Under the pieces are notes generated by a model, which was not told where the DNA came from, did no database searches, and was given only the letters and a program-made list of their open reading frames with translations. The translations under genes were made by a program, and so were the position numbers. This document shows, piece after piece, positions 37,101-56,083 of a stretch of 64,000 nt of DNA. Each line of letters starts with the position of its first letter. Within the stretch, counting starts at the first letter, position 1. This stretch comes from Yuukianura sp. NJ FZ-2021 (Eukaryota): positions 15,004,001 through 15,068,000 of the forward strand of contig CM102285.1 of assembly GCA_046563655.1 (NCBI GenBank), given 5' to 3'.

Positions 37101-37583
37101 AGACTCAGAAGCGGTTTGGGGGTATCCGATTTTGATCACTTCGAGTGACCTCTAACAGGGTCAACGCTCACGGTCCTCGTTTTTTTCTACAATTCGGAAA
37201 CGAATGGACCGATGCGGAAATGGTTTCCGGGGATGGATGTTTGACGACGCGAGGACTAAAATTCCGAATGTTTTTGACCTCAAGTGACCTCTAACCATAT
37301 CAGAGGTCTAGTCAACAATATCCTGCGCGGGAACTTTCTATAACTGATCTGACGATACTTATTTACATCGTCTTTGCAAGAAGTTTATTTATTTTTCCAT
37401 CTTGCTAAATTTGAACAACTACTCACAGTTCATTCAGCAAGCTGATTTTCGAATTTAGTAAAAATTCTTACAATTTTCAAAATTTGAAAATCGAAATTTC
37501 ATTTTTTTTTTAAATGAAATTTGTCTTACCGAGTGGAGTTGTTTCCAGTCCTTCAGTTGCTCAGCTGCTTTGTCTTGATTCAT
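34118..37583 (-). CDS. Cat: Monofunctional heme catalase, 526 aa
   Basis: Exons 37583-37530, 35908-35759, 35675-35364, 35260-34847, 34768-34118. [20 protein letters not shown] (distal His), [36 protein letters not shown] (proximal Tyr) and a PTS1-like C-terminal SHL. Confidence 0.96.
36281..37390 (+). mobile_element. Non-autonomous Helentron-associated (DINE-1/HINE-like) element in catalase intron 1
   Basis: Perfect 15-bp subterminal inverted repeats taagtatcgtcagat (36286-36300) and atctgacgatactta (37347-37361). Also a 5' hairpin aagtatc-gtca-gatactt, a (GTCY)n microsatellite at ~36319-36388, an internal ~289-bp tandem duplication and T-rich flanks. Confidence 0.75.
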
Positions 37584-38074
37584 TTTTATCACTCAAAACT
37601 TTCCTTAGTACACTGATCACTTCCTTCTGTAAATAATTAACTAAATTTTCAAACACAAAACTAAAATTTCGAAAATTTCAGTTTCAATTTTCTAAAAGTT
37701 TCTCCTTTGGAGAGTTGAATCTAACCAGTTTCGACTGAAGGTTGAAACTAAATTGAGAAATTCTTATCTGCGTCTACTTTTGCTGGGCTTCCAGCAGATG
37801 AATTGCTCTCCACCCATAAAGATTTTTGTTTGTGCGCTTGTTCCAAAAATTCTGAAAAGCAAACTAAATGTTTCAGTAACTAAAAACTAAGTTATTGTAA
37901 TTGGCATAATTAAATCGAAGTATTTAAATTTAAATCTGGGACGCAAGAGTGAAAGAAATCAAATTTAATCTGTTCATGACGGATAAATTTTCGAAACGAA
38001 GTTTGAATAAGTTTTTGAACGGCGTAAAACTACAACATCGCTAACTTTTGACCTCGAATGGTTGAAAGTCTTAA

Positions 38075-41000
38075 TTAAAATTTTAGCAAGTTTGGTGGCA
38101 TTGTTTGTTTCGAGAAAAACGCGTCGACATCGTCATCTGACGGATCCTCACTCCCACGTGACACTGTCCCCAATCGCTGTTGACTCGAATTCAGCCGCTG
38201 CGTAGACGCCGATTTCCCAAACGACGAATTTTCACGACTCGCGGATTTACCAAACGACGAATTTTCACGGCTTGCCGTCAATGGATTTGTACCGCCTCCA
38301 CTAATCAACCTTCCCCCAATTCCGATTGGTGTAGAAACGTCACGTGACGCTGATAACTTTCCGCTTGACGCAGTTCCAGACCCTGGAAGCAGCGTATTGG
38401 ATAAGCCCCGCCCCCCAGCAGCCTCCATTGGTCCATTTCGAAAGCCACGCCCACTTCCATCTTTAGCGCTTCTGTTAAAGGGACTTTCGATTCTCACTTC
38501 AGGAAATCGCTGCGGTGGTGTAGAAACTGCAGGAGGGCTGAAATATTGGAAAATTCACGTATTGAATTTCAAAAAATTTGAGTTTCTTCAAATTTTACTT
38601 GTTTGGAGCATTTTGTCCAGAATTTTGTCCACTTCGTTTCCCTTGTGTCCTTCCCTCCAGTTTTTTCAACTCTTCGACATACATTTTTCCGTCTTTGTTT
38701 CCAGTTTCTTTTGAAATTCGGATGAGTTGCTGGAGAGCCTGGATATTTTCTGGAAACTGCTGATGAACTTTTTGGTAACTCTCGAAAGCAAGCGCAGTAT
38801 TTCCGATTTTCTTGTAGCAAGTTGCAATTGCCAGGAGCCATTTTGGATCCAGAGGTCGAAGGTCATTGCACTGCTTGTAGAAAATAATCGCACGTTCTGG
38901 AACGTTCACGTCGCTCATCATGTACGACGCAATCCATTCTATAACATCTACATTCGCTGGATTGCACTTGTACGACTACAAAAATAAAAAATCGGAGTAA
39001 TCGGATTTCAAAGTAAGTCGATTTCTGAGTATTCCGTTTTTCAAAGTATAGTCTATTTCTAAGTAATCCATATTTCAAAGCATTGACTCCTAAAGCACTA
39101 GATTTCTCAATGTAACGATTTCAGAGAAATCGATTTTCCAAAGGGATTTCTGAGTAATCGATTTTTTCTTACGTCGTAGTAGTACTGATACGCTTGTCTT
39201 CTGTCCCCATCTCTCTCATATAACACAGCCATTTTGGTCAGAATTCCGTCATCAGTGGGAGAGAGTGCGAGGGCCTTCAAGTACCACTCCATGGCCACTT
39301 CGATTTCTCCCATCAACTCATGCGTACGACCGATTTGGTAGAGCACATGCGCATGGTTCCTCACGAGGCCAAGGATTTTGTGAAAGTAATCGAGCGATTC
39401 TTCAAAAAATCGAAGTTTTTGACTCATGAGTCCAAGGTTGTAGAGAGCTTCGACTGAAGATGAGTCCATGGACACTGCTTCCAAGTACAATTGCTTTGCT
39501 CTCTCGATTTCACCACGCGCAGCCATGCAGTTCCCTAAATTCACCATTGCGCAGGAGTTGTAGTAATCGGCAACTTTGGCTGCCTCGCCGTACTTTTCTG
39601 CTTGGTCCAAGTCTCCTTGCTGGAGGTCAATAAAAATGTCAAGGTCAAAAGAGGTCAAAGGTCAAGGTCAAAAAGTGGAAAACTTGCCAAGTAGAAGAGA
39701 AATGACAAATTGGTTGCCGCTGCTGTTGCCACTTTGGTTTCTTTCTTTTCAAACGATTTCAAAATTTCAATTGCTTCTCCCAGTTCGCGTTGTTTGAGAA
39801 AAACCAAGGCTTTGCTGATCTGAAAAATTCAAAAAATTTCAAAAATTTTGAATTTCTTTTTTTTTTCAAAATTCGAAATTTTTTTTTCGAAAAATTAACC
39901 TCGAGTGCATGTGCCAGTGGAGCATGACGTGAAGACTTGATGGCTTCCGTGACCCAGTGGTATCCTTCCGTAAAAGTAGTTTCGATAAACGGAGCGATTA
40001 AGCGCGCTGCACTCAAAACGCAGCGTTCAGCGTAAGTTCGTCTCTCTTTTTCCAATTTCCATAATTTATCATTCTTCAAAACTTCCACCAGCAGTTGCGA
40101 TACTGGATCATCCTAAAATTTAAAATTTCAGAATTTTTTTCAAATTCAAATTTTTTGTTTTTCAAAAATGTGAAAATTTTGTGTGTCCTTACTGAAATCG
40201 GTGTGTATTTGTCTTCGTCGTCGACTTCCAACGGAACTTGGAGGAGTTCCTGGAAACTTTGTTTCGTTTTCTGCTGATCTCCAGCCATGAAATTGGCCAC
40301 CACAAGATGAAGTCCTGTTTTGAAACTTGGTTTTTCTGTCATGATGTACTCAAAACTGGCAGCAGCATCTTCGGGATGACTGATTTTGAGAAAAACTAAA
40401 CCCATGTTGTGCATCAACTTGAGTCTTAAAGATCGATTGCTGTTGGCCAACTGATCCATGGCCATTCGGTACATTTTGATTGCACGCGTCGGCTGATTCT
40501 GCTTCAAGTAAATATTCCCCATGTTGATCTTCACTTTTGCACCGTGGACCAAAAACTTGTTTTTCGTAATCGAGTGGTAAGTACTCAGAGCCTAAAAGTC
40601 AGCAAAGGTCAAAGGTCAACTCAAAGTTCAGTTGCATTGTTTCTTTTACCTCAGTGTACATCTCACAAGCTTCGTACTGATTTGCCAGGTTGAAAAGGAC
40701 CTAAACCAAGATTTTCAAAAAACGATTTTTAGGTTTTAAAAAACGTTTTTTAAGTTAATTAGTTTTTTTTAGATTGCAGTTGTTTTTTTTTACTGAAAAT
40801 GAAATGTCCCAGTCGTGACCTTCGAGTAGACTGGCTTGTTCGCGAAGTTTCATGAGTGACCTCTCCTTTTGCTGAGCGTCCTTGGCATGTTCAAGGGCCT
40901 TCTGGAAGTGCCCTTTGCAATTGGCCAACACAGATTCCTCAATTATCACGCTGATCTTCTCCTCGATCTGCTTAATCTTCGACTCCGGTCTGGAATTAAT

Positions 41001-41879
41001 TAATTTACACTTAATTAATGTCAATTATCTGGTTTCAGTAAAATGTAAATTAAAATATTAAAATAAAATTTAAAAATTAAATTGATGCCCAGCTCTGCGT
41101 TGGGTGACGCGGGAGTTGTGTACCGTATCGTTTTGTCAAACCGCTCCATGATTTCCGGTTCCGATACAACACAGCTGATTACTAAAATCTGAATTTGAAT
41201 CACTAAATTAACAATTAAATTTAAAATTAACAGTTAACGCTTACGAATCGTCTGTTTTGACATCGATACTTGGAGTAGCAGTTTTGAGACTTTGGTTCAA
41301 GGGGTCAAATCGTTGGTTTCTGGAAGTTGTGTATCCAGCTCCACGAACTGCTGTCATTGGTCGATTGAGTCCTCCGGATTCTCCGCCTATTCCCGTAATC
41401 GGTCGAGCAGTGCCCCCTCTCGTCCCAATTCCACTGCGCCCTCCGGCTGTTCCAGTCGCAGTCCTCACGTCGTCACGCATAAACTAAAGGTCAGAGGTCA
41501 AAAGGACACTCACGGTCATGTACTCGAATTTGATGGGCTTTGATTGTTTTATAGAAACGTTTGATTGATTTATAGAAACGTTTCTTACTCCAGCGGAAGT
41601 TCCAAGACGAGACCCCATTGCTGTCCTTCCTCGACTTGTAACCAGCACCTTTGTAAGAACAATTTATACTCATCGTTTGGTTTGGCTCATCTGAGAATGT
41701 CATTAACATTTTAATTATTTTGAGCAGAATCTTACCGGACGGCGTTCAGCAACACTCCTGGCAGAATTCTGAAAGTTTTCATCAAACTCCAAGTTGTCTG
41801 TATTCAGTGCTGAAGGGAATTCGTTGTAGCCAGAGTACAAGTCATCGTCGGAATCCTCAACGTTCCTGTTTCGTCTCAT
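38075..41879 (-). CDS. IFT88: Intraflagellar transport protein 88 (TPR protein; nompB/polaris)
   Basis: N-terminus DSDDDLYSGYNE...RRP, RPMTAVRGAGYT, FDPLNQ, VLFNLANQY, KINMGNIYLKQ, AATNLSFL, EALYNLGL, HQQFPENIQAL. About 10 exons; intron 39620-39687 is GC-AG. Confidence 0.93.
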
Positions 41880-42279
41880 TTTCTTCGGTTTGGTCCAAAA
41901 TTGAAAGATTCTAACTTTTTAAAGTCAAATGAGCAGCCTTTTTCTTATAGTATAGAAAAAACAGCCCAAACACCAAACATCTAAACACTTCTGGAACCTG
42001 GAATCCAAAAGCTCCGGACTAAATTCGCGAATTGGATCAAAATTCCTACAACGTTGTAGAAAAAATCGATCACGATCGATTTCACAGGTAAACCACGACA
42101 ATTTATTTACTTATTCATATAACTCCTCCAAGCCAGATCTAATCGATATGATTTGTTGTGCATTTGAGTTACCTTGATGAATCAATACACAGCTGAGATC
42201 ATGCGCCTTAGCATTAATTTGAGTAATTTGGTTTTTCCTACAGCTACTAAGGAAGAGAATCATCCAAGTTTAAATTGAA

Positions 42280-42780
42280 ATGGCAGGACCAGCACTTCGT
42301 CGTCTGATGACCGAGTACAAGCAGTTGAGCATCAATCCTCCCGAAGGAATCCTCGCTGGCCCAGTTACTGAAGAAAACTTCTTCGAATGGGACGCTCTCA
42401 TCACGGGTCCAGAAGGAACTTGTTTCGATGGCGGCATTTTTCCAGCCAAACTCCGCTTCCCCACTGACTACCCGCTTAGTCCACCTCAGATGATATTCAA
42501 GTGCAACATGTTCCATCCCAATGTTTATCCGGACGGGAGAGTCTGCATTTCCATTCTGCATGCTCCTGGAGACGATCCAACTGGATATGAATCTCGTGCT
42601 GAAAGATGGAGTCCTGTTCAGTCGGTAGAGAAGATCCTACTGTCTGTCGTTAGTCTTTTGGCGGAACCGAACGACGAAAGTCCAGCAAATGTGGATGCGG
42701 CAAAGATGTGGCGTGAGAATCGGGCGGAATTTAACGCAAGAGCGGCCAAGTTGGTTCGTGAAACTTTGGATATTCCTTGA
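42280..42780 (+). CDS. UBE2G2: Ubiquitin-conjugating enzyme E2 G2 (Ubc7), intronless CDS
   Basis: [39 protein letters not shown] (catalytic Cys plus acidic loop), [14 protein letters not shown]. Probable 5'UTR intron at 42088-42243. Confidence 0.96.
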   Translation: MAGPALRRLMTEYKQLSINPPEGILAGPVTEENFFEWDALITGPEGTCFDGGIFPAKLRFPTDYPLSPPQMIFKCNMFHPNVYPDGRVCISILHAPGDDPTGYESRAERWSPVQSVEKILLSVVSLLAEPNDESPANVDAAKMWRENRAEFNARAAKLVRETLDIP

Positions 42781-42915
42781 AATTGTGTTTGAAATTTACT
42801 AAATTAAGTTCATTATTTAAAAAATACTGGGAATTATGTGAAAAAGGTAAGGGAACTAATTAAATCGATACTAAATTGGTTACTTGTCATATTGTCTTCG
42901 CTTAGCAATTAGTTT

Positions 42916-43708
42916 TCAACTTTCGCCGAGGTCGACGTCGGTCGGACGTTGTACTGCTTTTGAGTAGATGAAATACGGCCGTCCTTCGGATTTTGCCGGA
43001 CTTGTTTCGTCGATATCGTAACTGCGGATTCATAGATCAGTTGAGATCACTTTTAGTTTTAATTCCAACTAATTAAGATGTTTGCAATTAGTCGTACCCG
43101 ATCTTTTTGTAAAACCGAATTGCGCCTGTGTTTTCCTTCAACACGGTGAGGACTACAAGAGGACGATTTGATACTGAAGCTATCCTTTCCAGAATTTGCA
43201 TTAACCACGATCCCACTCCGTTGCTTCTCACGTTGACCTCAAGTTGGAGTTCATAACTAAAAATTTAAACAAAATTACCGTTGACACTTTTTAAATTCTA
43301 AACTTTAAAGTGCCTTACCAATACACAACTTGTCTGCCGTAGTCTTTGACATTCCGGAAGTGAACAAATGCCACTGGAAGTTCAGTTCCATCTTTGTCAG
43401 TGTTAAAAACGATGATAAATCGGGCTTGTCTTGCTGTCAGTTCCTTCAGTTTCTCCTTTGGTTTCCATCCCCATTCACAGGCTTCATACCTTTCACAATT
43501 TTAATAGTGATTAATCAATTACTTTTGGTTTAATTAAGTTTAATTGTTTAGTTGCCTACATTGTTCGCATGTTGTTTTCCAGTAAGGTGAAGGCCCAATT
43601 CAGCAATTCTTGGGGTAAATTTCTGGAGTCGAAGAATTTAACTCCAAATGTTGACCCTTTCGATGTAAATGTGTGTAGTGGTCCAATGTAATCCAAGTAT
43701 CTCTGCAT
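42916..43708 (-). CDS. NAA40: N-alpha-acetyltransferase 40 (NatD), 194 aa; absent from the ORF track
   Basis: Exons 43708-43560, 43489-43319, 43256-43098, 43021-42916 (585 nt). Translation includes [77 protein letters not shown] and YDIDETSP. Confidence 0.88.
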
Positions 43709-45881
43709 TTTGAGTTTTGACTGGAGATGTTGTAAATTGAGATGGTACTGGTCGTCTACTGGATGTTTTGTAAACGTTTAATTTAATCGTTAAAAATAAA
43801 ATAGTAATAAATCAATTTACAAATTAGGAAAATCTCGGATAAAATGTCAAAATCTGTAAATTCTTTCATGACCCAGGATCATGTGTCGATTGGAATAAGG
43901 TTTAACGACTGTCATTGTAACCACGCAATTTAGCCACTCCGCCATCTTAGTGGCTATTTAATAGATACACTGTACGGCATCTTATGTTGCCACTTAAAGT
44001 TATTCTAGATTACGGTGGCTACTTAAGTTGCCACTAACGCATTGCCTTTACAAATTAAGTGGCTACCTACATTGGAGACTTTTAATGGTCATTATTCCTT
44101 ACTTCAACAATGTGTTATTGTCCTGCTCCGAATTCCCGCCATTTCTTTACTTTGAATTTTGAATTTTTGTTGAGTGAGACTGTTTTAAGTTCACCTGATC
44201 TTTTTTCATTTGTCATTTCATTTCAATCTTAATTTGTTTTCATTTGTTTGTGTAGTCAAAATCAAATTAGCATTTTAATTAAACTAATTAATTACCGTCT
44301 GAGGATAGTTTTGAAAGAGTGACGGATTCATTGACCTCGCTAACGGTTGTGTGTCTGTGTTCGTCGTCTGAGGTACGGTGCAGGGTGCAGTGCAGTGCAG
44401 TGCAACTGATTGTACAAGCAAAAAATTGGCTAAATCGATCCGTGTTCCGCAAAAAAATACAAGGCCATTTTCATGACTAATTGAATCAAATCAATAACAA
44501 AAGCATCAAGTTCAGGCAGTTGACAACTCATCAGTGATGGATAGGGACGATTAACCCTCGTTTCAAGGAACTGGAAGGTGGGTTTCTGGGTTTAGATTTT
44601 CTAACCTCTAACTTTGATTTGTTGAAATCAATTGAAAAGGTCAAAGTTTTCTCACTAGAATAGCAATGAATTTAGGAAACCCATTAATTAACTGAGCTCA
44701 AGTAAGGTCAAGAGACGTAAACTGGTTTTAACTAACTCTTGTTTAGGCTAATCGAATAACTGTTGACCGCAAAAACTGCACTCTCATTCCTCCAACTAAT
44801 TGTGAAAGAAACAACAAATTCACTGTTAAGTCGAGTTAAGTACTTCTGCGGCTATCTACCCATGTTATAAATCGGTATTAATTAAATTTAAACTCACTTT
44901 TTATGACATTTAACCTTAACTTGCATTGCGGTTGAGTTCAGTATGAGTATTTAAAGCTTAAATCACAAATCAGTGTAGGCTTAGCTCTAATTACCCTGGT
45001 TTTCCGCTCTATTTAATAACTTTTCACCTTTACTAAAAATTCCAGGAACTGCAATTAGCTTTTTTGGAGGTGCGAAGTGGCAGAAGGCACAAGCAACTGA
45101 TACTCCAGTAAATCTATCAGAAGATCCAAGGTCAACGCTAAATCTCACACGATTTCCAATGTTATACGTTTGCGTCATCATTCCATCTCCCACTGAAAAG
45201 CTCAAATGTCATTTCCAAATCTCTTTAACTAACTACTAGGTTAGCAATAGTTTAACTGTAAAGAACTCAGATGCAGATTATGATAATGACCCCACTTATG
45301 AATTATGGAGTTCCAACCAAGGATTTACCACCAAATCCAGAATCAGAAGTGAATCAGTCGCTCTGAAACCGCAGTCTGTTGTCAGTGTTTTAGCAGACAA
45401 GTTCAGTATAACTGAACTTCAGTTGTGAATGTCAAGCTTACATCTGATCTGTGTGTTCTTTTGATTGGTGGTTTGATTAAGAAGGTGGTTTAGATTCAGA
45501 TTGCATCCAAAACCGCATGTGCTAAGCAGTTACAAGGTCTTTAAGTTTATCATTGACTAACGAACACTCTTGACTAACAACTTTTGATTTCTGTTTCCAG
45601 ATTCCTTGGAAGCCACTTCAGAAGAAGCTTGATTGACAGTGGAATGGTGCACAAGAGTGAATGAACACTTTATTCTCCAGTTGGGATTGGAATCTCCTAT
45701 CATCCACGAAAACACGAACAGTCAATTGACCTTACAGAAGTAAATCAAGAAGTGCTCACAGTTCAACTTAATTTTAACCTCCCAAACTTATCTTTCACTC
45801 CTGTTAAGAGGTTAATTTTAATCAGGGGAGCTTGTGCGAGCTGATCTCTGAGTTTTTACTTCATCTTCTTCTTGAATTGCA

Positions 45882-51129
<5,248 letters not shown>

Positions 51130-52245
51130 ACTAAAGTCACGTCATGCTACATTCTCAACTTTTTTAAAAAGAAAGTTGAGTTTCGAAAATTTGCAACTTT
51201 GGAAGCATTGAAGCGATTTTTGTCAACGGCAGCACTCATTCAGCCGATTTTCTTCCCCGTGATTTGTACATCGGAATTATTCGGTTTTACTTAAAATTTT
51301 GAAAAAAGCGATTTTGGCCGGGTAAGCTATGAATGCTCAATCTCGGATTTTAATACGAAAAGGCTACAATTTCTTTATTTTAGTATTTGAAACGCATAAG
51401 TTTTTTTGTAGCTTTATGAAAATTTAAAAGCGAAACCGATGAAGCATGCCTGCAGCCCAACGTCTGCTAACTATTGTATCTTGCATGTGACTTAGCGAGT
51501 TAATTTTAATTTGGGCTTAACGTTGTAATGTAAATTGAGGTGGCATCGTCTAAACTAAAGTTATAGGAGATGATGACACGTTTATTAGTGTAATTTTTAC
51601 TGTTGCATTTACTTAATTTAGTTGTTAATTTAAATTCAAAATTTATTGTGGATAGCGTCCTTATTTATTCCAGTTGTTGTACTAAAAACTCTTGTTCAAA
51701 TTCTATTCTACTCCTCTGATTCACTTGAACGTCGATCTTTTAAGTTTTTGTGAAGCAATCAAGTCAAATAAATCCAATGCAGCTGCGTAATGTTCAAGAT
51801 AGTGTGTTGTAATTTGTTCTGATTGTTGTGTTCTTCCTATAATTATTTTTTGCACATTTAAATATGTTTTAGATAATTTAGTTTAGTTTTTCATATTTAA
51901 AAAATGCTCTTGTCCAAACATTTTTTGCTATTGTTTCAACTTTTCAAAGTGATATTAAGCCTTGAGACTTTAGAAACGTAATGGCGGGAATCTGAAATTT
52001 CAAATTTGACAACCTGCAAAAGTGCCAAAAAGTCTGGAGAAATAAAAAGTTGGTGACGTGTTTTTGCCAGTTTGATTTGTTTTGGTCTTTTGGTTTTCAT
52101 TTGTAACCAAATGAGTTGTACCGGTAATTGTTTAGCGTGATTAATTAATTGATCTAGTCAGATAATTAATTGGTTTCAGTTGAAGAGTAAAGTGTTGAGA
52201 GTTAATTTGGAGACTGGAGATTCTGGAATTTCTGTAGCGGTCAAG

Positions 52246-55200
52246 ATGCAATGGCCGTCGAAGACTCTCGTTTTTAGCGGAATCTTCATCGCCTACATGC
52301 TGCACTCCATTTACTCCATCGTTGATTTATTCATTCCACCCAAATGTCACGACTCTGTCTGTCTCAATTCATTCTTGTCAACTAAACCCAAACTCCAACT
52401 CCTCCTCTTCACTACAACTGTCCCCAGACTGGAACAGTACAGACAGCTTGATCTCATCTCCACTTGGTCACCACTAAACTACGATGAAGTTACAGTTAGG
52501 TAAGGTCAGCTAAGTTTTATATGTCATAAGGAAAGTGTTGGCTAAAAAGTTGTTGCTGCTTTTGTTGTTGCAGAAACATCACGGTTCCTATTCCAGCCGC
52601 CACTAGACGCAACGGATCATTGTATTTGCATGCATTTGTTACTGAACAACCACGATCACCATCCGAAGATTGGACAAGAACTGTCCAGCAGCAGACGACG
52701 ATGGCCGCCAGCATTCCATTAACGCTCTTTCTTGTCCCAGAAGCTCAAACGTTCAACCTCCTCAACGATGACAAGTCGAAATCGGCTGAGGTTGTTTTAA
52801 ACAGTTCGAAATTTTGAAAGTGAAGTCCAGCATTTTGAAAAGTTATCTCTTTTTTGTTGTAGTCGGAAACAACGTCCAAAGAAAGTGAAACCAAAAAGGA
52901 AAAAGCGGTGACTCATATCACAAAGTATCTGCGACTGACGATGCTAACAGATTTGCATCCTTTGCCTCGTCATGACCTCCCGCATGATATTTATCACCTC
53001 CTTCGGTGAGTTTAGTTTTTATTTTCAGTACTTTTTTTCTATTTACTTTTGTTTGTTTATAAAATATATTTTATTTTGCAGAATCATTCGATCAGACATG
53101 TACTTGCCACCAGTCAAGTTTGATAAATTCTCCAACCGCCTGCGGGATTTCTACAAAGTAAACAAAACCGAACGCGAGTTTACTTTGTCACTGGAGTTCT
53201 CGTCTGAATCCATTGGGAAAATACGGTACGCCTTCAGCGATCCCAAAACTCAACGTATTCGAAACGTAAACGTTTCCAAAACGTCAACGTTTTCGGAAAG
53301 TCACAGTGTTTTGGTTTTAGTCATGATTTTTTTGTACAGCTTGGGTGCCCAACTTGAAGGTGCAATGGAAACCATGCGAACTTTTGGATTTTCTGACAAG
53401 GACTTGGACGAAGTGAAAGCAATTTTTGCCGATACGAACATGTACCTCCTCGGCCTTACGATGTTTGTCGCTTCAATTCATGTAAAAAACAAAAAACTTG
53501 GAAAGCCTGTTTGAAAAGTTTCAGAATTTTGAAATTTTGAAAATTTCAGCTCTTGTTCGACTTTCTCGCTTTCAAAAACGACATTCGTTACTGGAAACAC
53601 CGAAAAACTACAGTGGGACTGTCAACACGAACGATTCTGTGGAGATGCTTCAGTCAAATTGTGATTTTTCTGTACTTGCTGGAGGAAAAGTCCAGTTTGC
53701 TCATAACTGTTCCCGGAGGAATTGGTGTTATCATTGAGGTAAACCTCCTCCTCCTCCTCCTGGAGGAAGAGTATTCCTCCTCCTGAAGGAGGAGGAGTAG
53801 GAACACCCTTGTTGTTGACAATCGGTCTCCCTTTGTCCTCATCCGGAGGAAGTCAAAAAGACTTTGTGCTTGACATTTATTTACTTTTTGTCAGATTTGG
53901 AAAGTTACGAAGGCTTTCAAGATGAAAGTAGAATTGTCACGGGGGTTCCTGCCTCGAATCCACTTTGGGTCTTTCTCAGAGTCGGAGAAAGCGACGAACT
54001 TGCATGACGTGGAAAGTATGCGCTACCTCTCATACCTCTTCTACCCGCTTATCACGGCTGGAGCTGTCTACTCCCTTCTGTACACACCGCACAAGAGGTA
54101 AAACACGATCTTTTATCATTCTGAGTCAACTTAGGCTAAGCAAACGTTGGTAAGGTTAATCTAACCAGAAAAAGAGCAAAGCATCTCCATCCTTCAGGCC
54201 ATAAAACACCCAAATTCCGGGGAAATCGGGGTTTTTGTTTTGGTGAAAAAAGAGAAAGTCGGAGAATTTTCTGTTGCTGAAACAGAAAGAAACCCGGAGC
54301 TTCTTTGTTGATGCAGACTGGATGTTTTTTGTTGATGAAAGCCGGAATTTTTCTGTTGACGAAAAAAAAAACGAAAACCGGAGTTTCTCTTTTGATAAAA
54401 AAAAACGGGAGTTTTTCTGTTGATGAAAAACTGGAGTTTTTCAATTGATGAAAAAAGAGTGAATCCCAGTTTCTCTCTTTTTTCTTTACGGAGAGAAAAA
54501 TTGTGAGACTTTGACGTGAAATATGGTGGTGTTTTAATGAAATGAGGAGAGATGAAGATGCTGTTGAGATGAGGATGCTGGATGCTGTTGGGATGAAGAT
54601 GCTGGATGTTGTTGGTGTGAATAAGTGTAGATTTGATTAAAGACGGAGGATGAGATTCGTCGCGGGTATTAATTAAAAGAGGAATGAGTTTGCTAATGGT
54701 TTTGTTTACTTTTTAGTTGGTACCAGTGGGCCCTGCAGAGCACTGTGAATGGCGTGTATGCTTTTGGATTTCTGTTCATGCTCCCGCAACTCTTTGTAAA
54801 TTACCGTCTCAAGTCAGTGGCTCATCTTCCCTGGAGAGCATTTATGTACAAAGTAAGAACCATTAACTTCAAAAGCGTTCAGCGTAAAGCGCAATCGCTG
54901 ATTTGAAAGTGCTGGAAATGACGCTGCTGTTTATGACTGGAGTGTTTTTGTTCCAGGCCTTCAACACTTTCATTGATGATCTCTTTGCATTCATTATCAC
55001 CATGCCAACGGCCCATCGACTCGCCTGTTTCCGAGACGACATTGTTTTTGTCATCTACCTCTACCAAAGATGGTCACTTTCCAAAAAAATCAAAATTTTG
55101 AAAAGTGTGCAATCTTCATCGTTTTTTATGTTTTTTAGGTTATACCCAGTGGACAAGAAGAGACTGGATGCTGGCGGAGAATTTGAAATGGAAATGTCAG

Positions 55201-55253
55201 ATGAAGAACCGTCAACGAGTGATGCAGTTGCAATTTCAAAAAAGAAAAACTGA
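52246..55253 (+). CDS. CLPTM1L: CLPTM1-like ER membrane protein (lipid scramblase family)
   Basis: TRRNGSLYLHAF, FGFSDKDLDEVKAIFADTNMYLL, FDFLAFKNDI, YAFGFLFMLPQLFVNYRLKSVAHLPWRAFMYKAFNTFIDDLFAFIITMPTAHRLACFRDD, YQRWLYPVDK. GT-AG introns. Confidence 0.93.
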
Positions 55254-56083
55254 AATTATGAAAATCATACCAAAATCATTCAACAGTTTAGATTCAACTT
55301 TTAGCTTTAAATTTTCAAATATCGTGTTTTTTGTTGTAGAAATAAGCACCGAAACTGTTGATTTCGAACAAATTACGCAACTGAATTTACTTAAATCTAA
55401 TTAGTCACTGTGTTAATTAAGATTTGGAGATTCATTAAAATTCTAATGATAATTTTCATTTATTTTTCACGTAAAAGCTTACACTGGTCATCATAACTTA
55501 TTTTTTAGCACAGCTTTTTTCAAAATGGAGATTAATCTTGCGTTTTGAAATTCCCGGTTTCCAAAAAATCTCCGCTTTAGTCTAAAGACTAATGTTAATT
55601 AGGTACAACTAAATAGTCTATAAGTGATATTTCTTAATTAACATTTCGCACCTTCGAAATTAGTAATTAACACCTCTAAAATTGTGTTTTTAGTAAAATA
55701 CTGGACTTTCTCTCTAGTTTACAATTAATTCTTATTAGTTGTAAGGAAGATTGATTACAATTTCTAAAAAAAATGCTTTTTATAGTAATTTCTAAAAGCG
55801 TCAGTTTTCTTTTTAGGTCAAACCAAAAGAGTTTAGGTCACTTCACTTTTTCGCTTTCTAAAAATTTTCATAAAATTTTGATCTGATGACCTTTTCTTAA
55901 CAAAATGTTAGCACTAATGGATGACGATCGGCTTCTAAAAGTTTTTCCGGATTTAATTCGAGTTACGCTTAAGATAATTGCTAATTAGTTTAAAGTTAAT
56001 TAAAATTTAAAATTAATTGTTCCTTTCTTTTGATCTTTGCGTAATCTTTTTGATTGTTTGATTTTGCACAATCACAAGCAAAG

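Noticed and set aside
42000..42200. RFX X-box in the IFT88 promoter
   Set aside because: Only a half-site (gttacc near 42168) is visible, with no convincing full palindrome.
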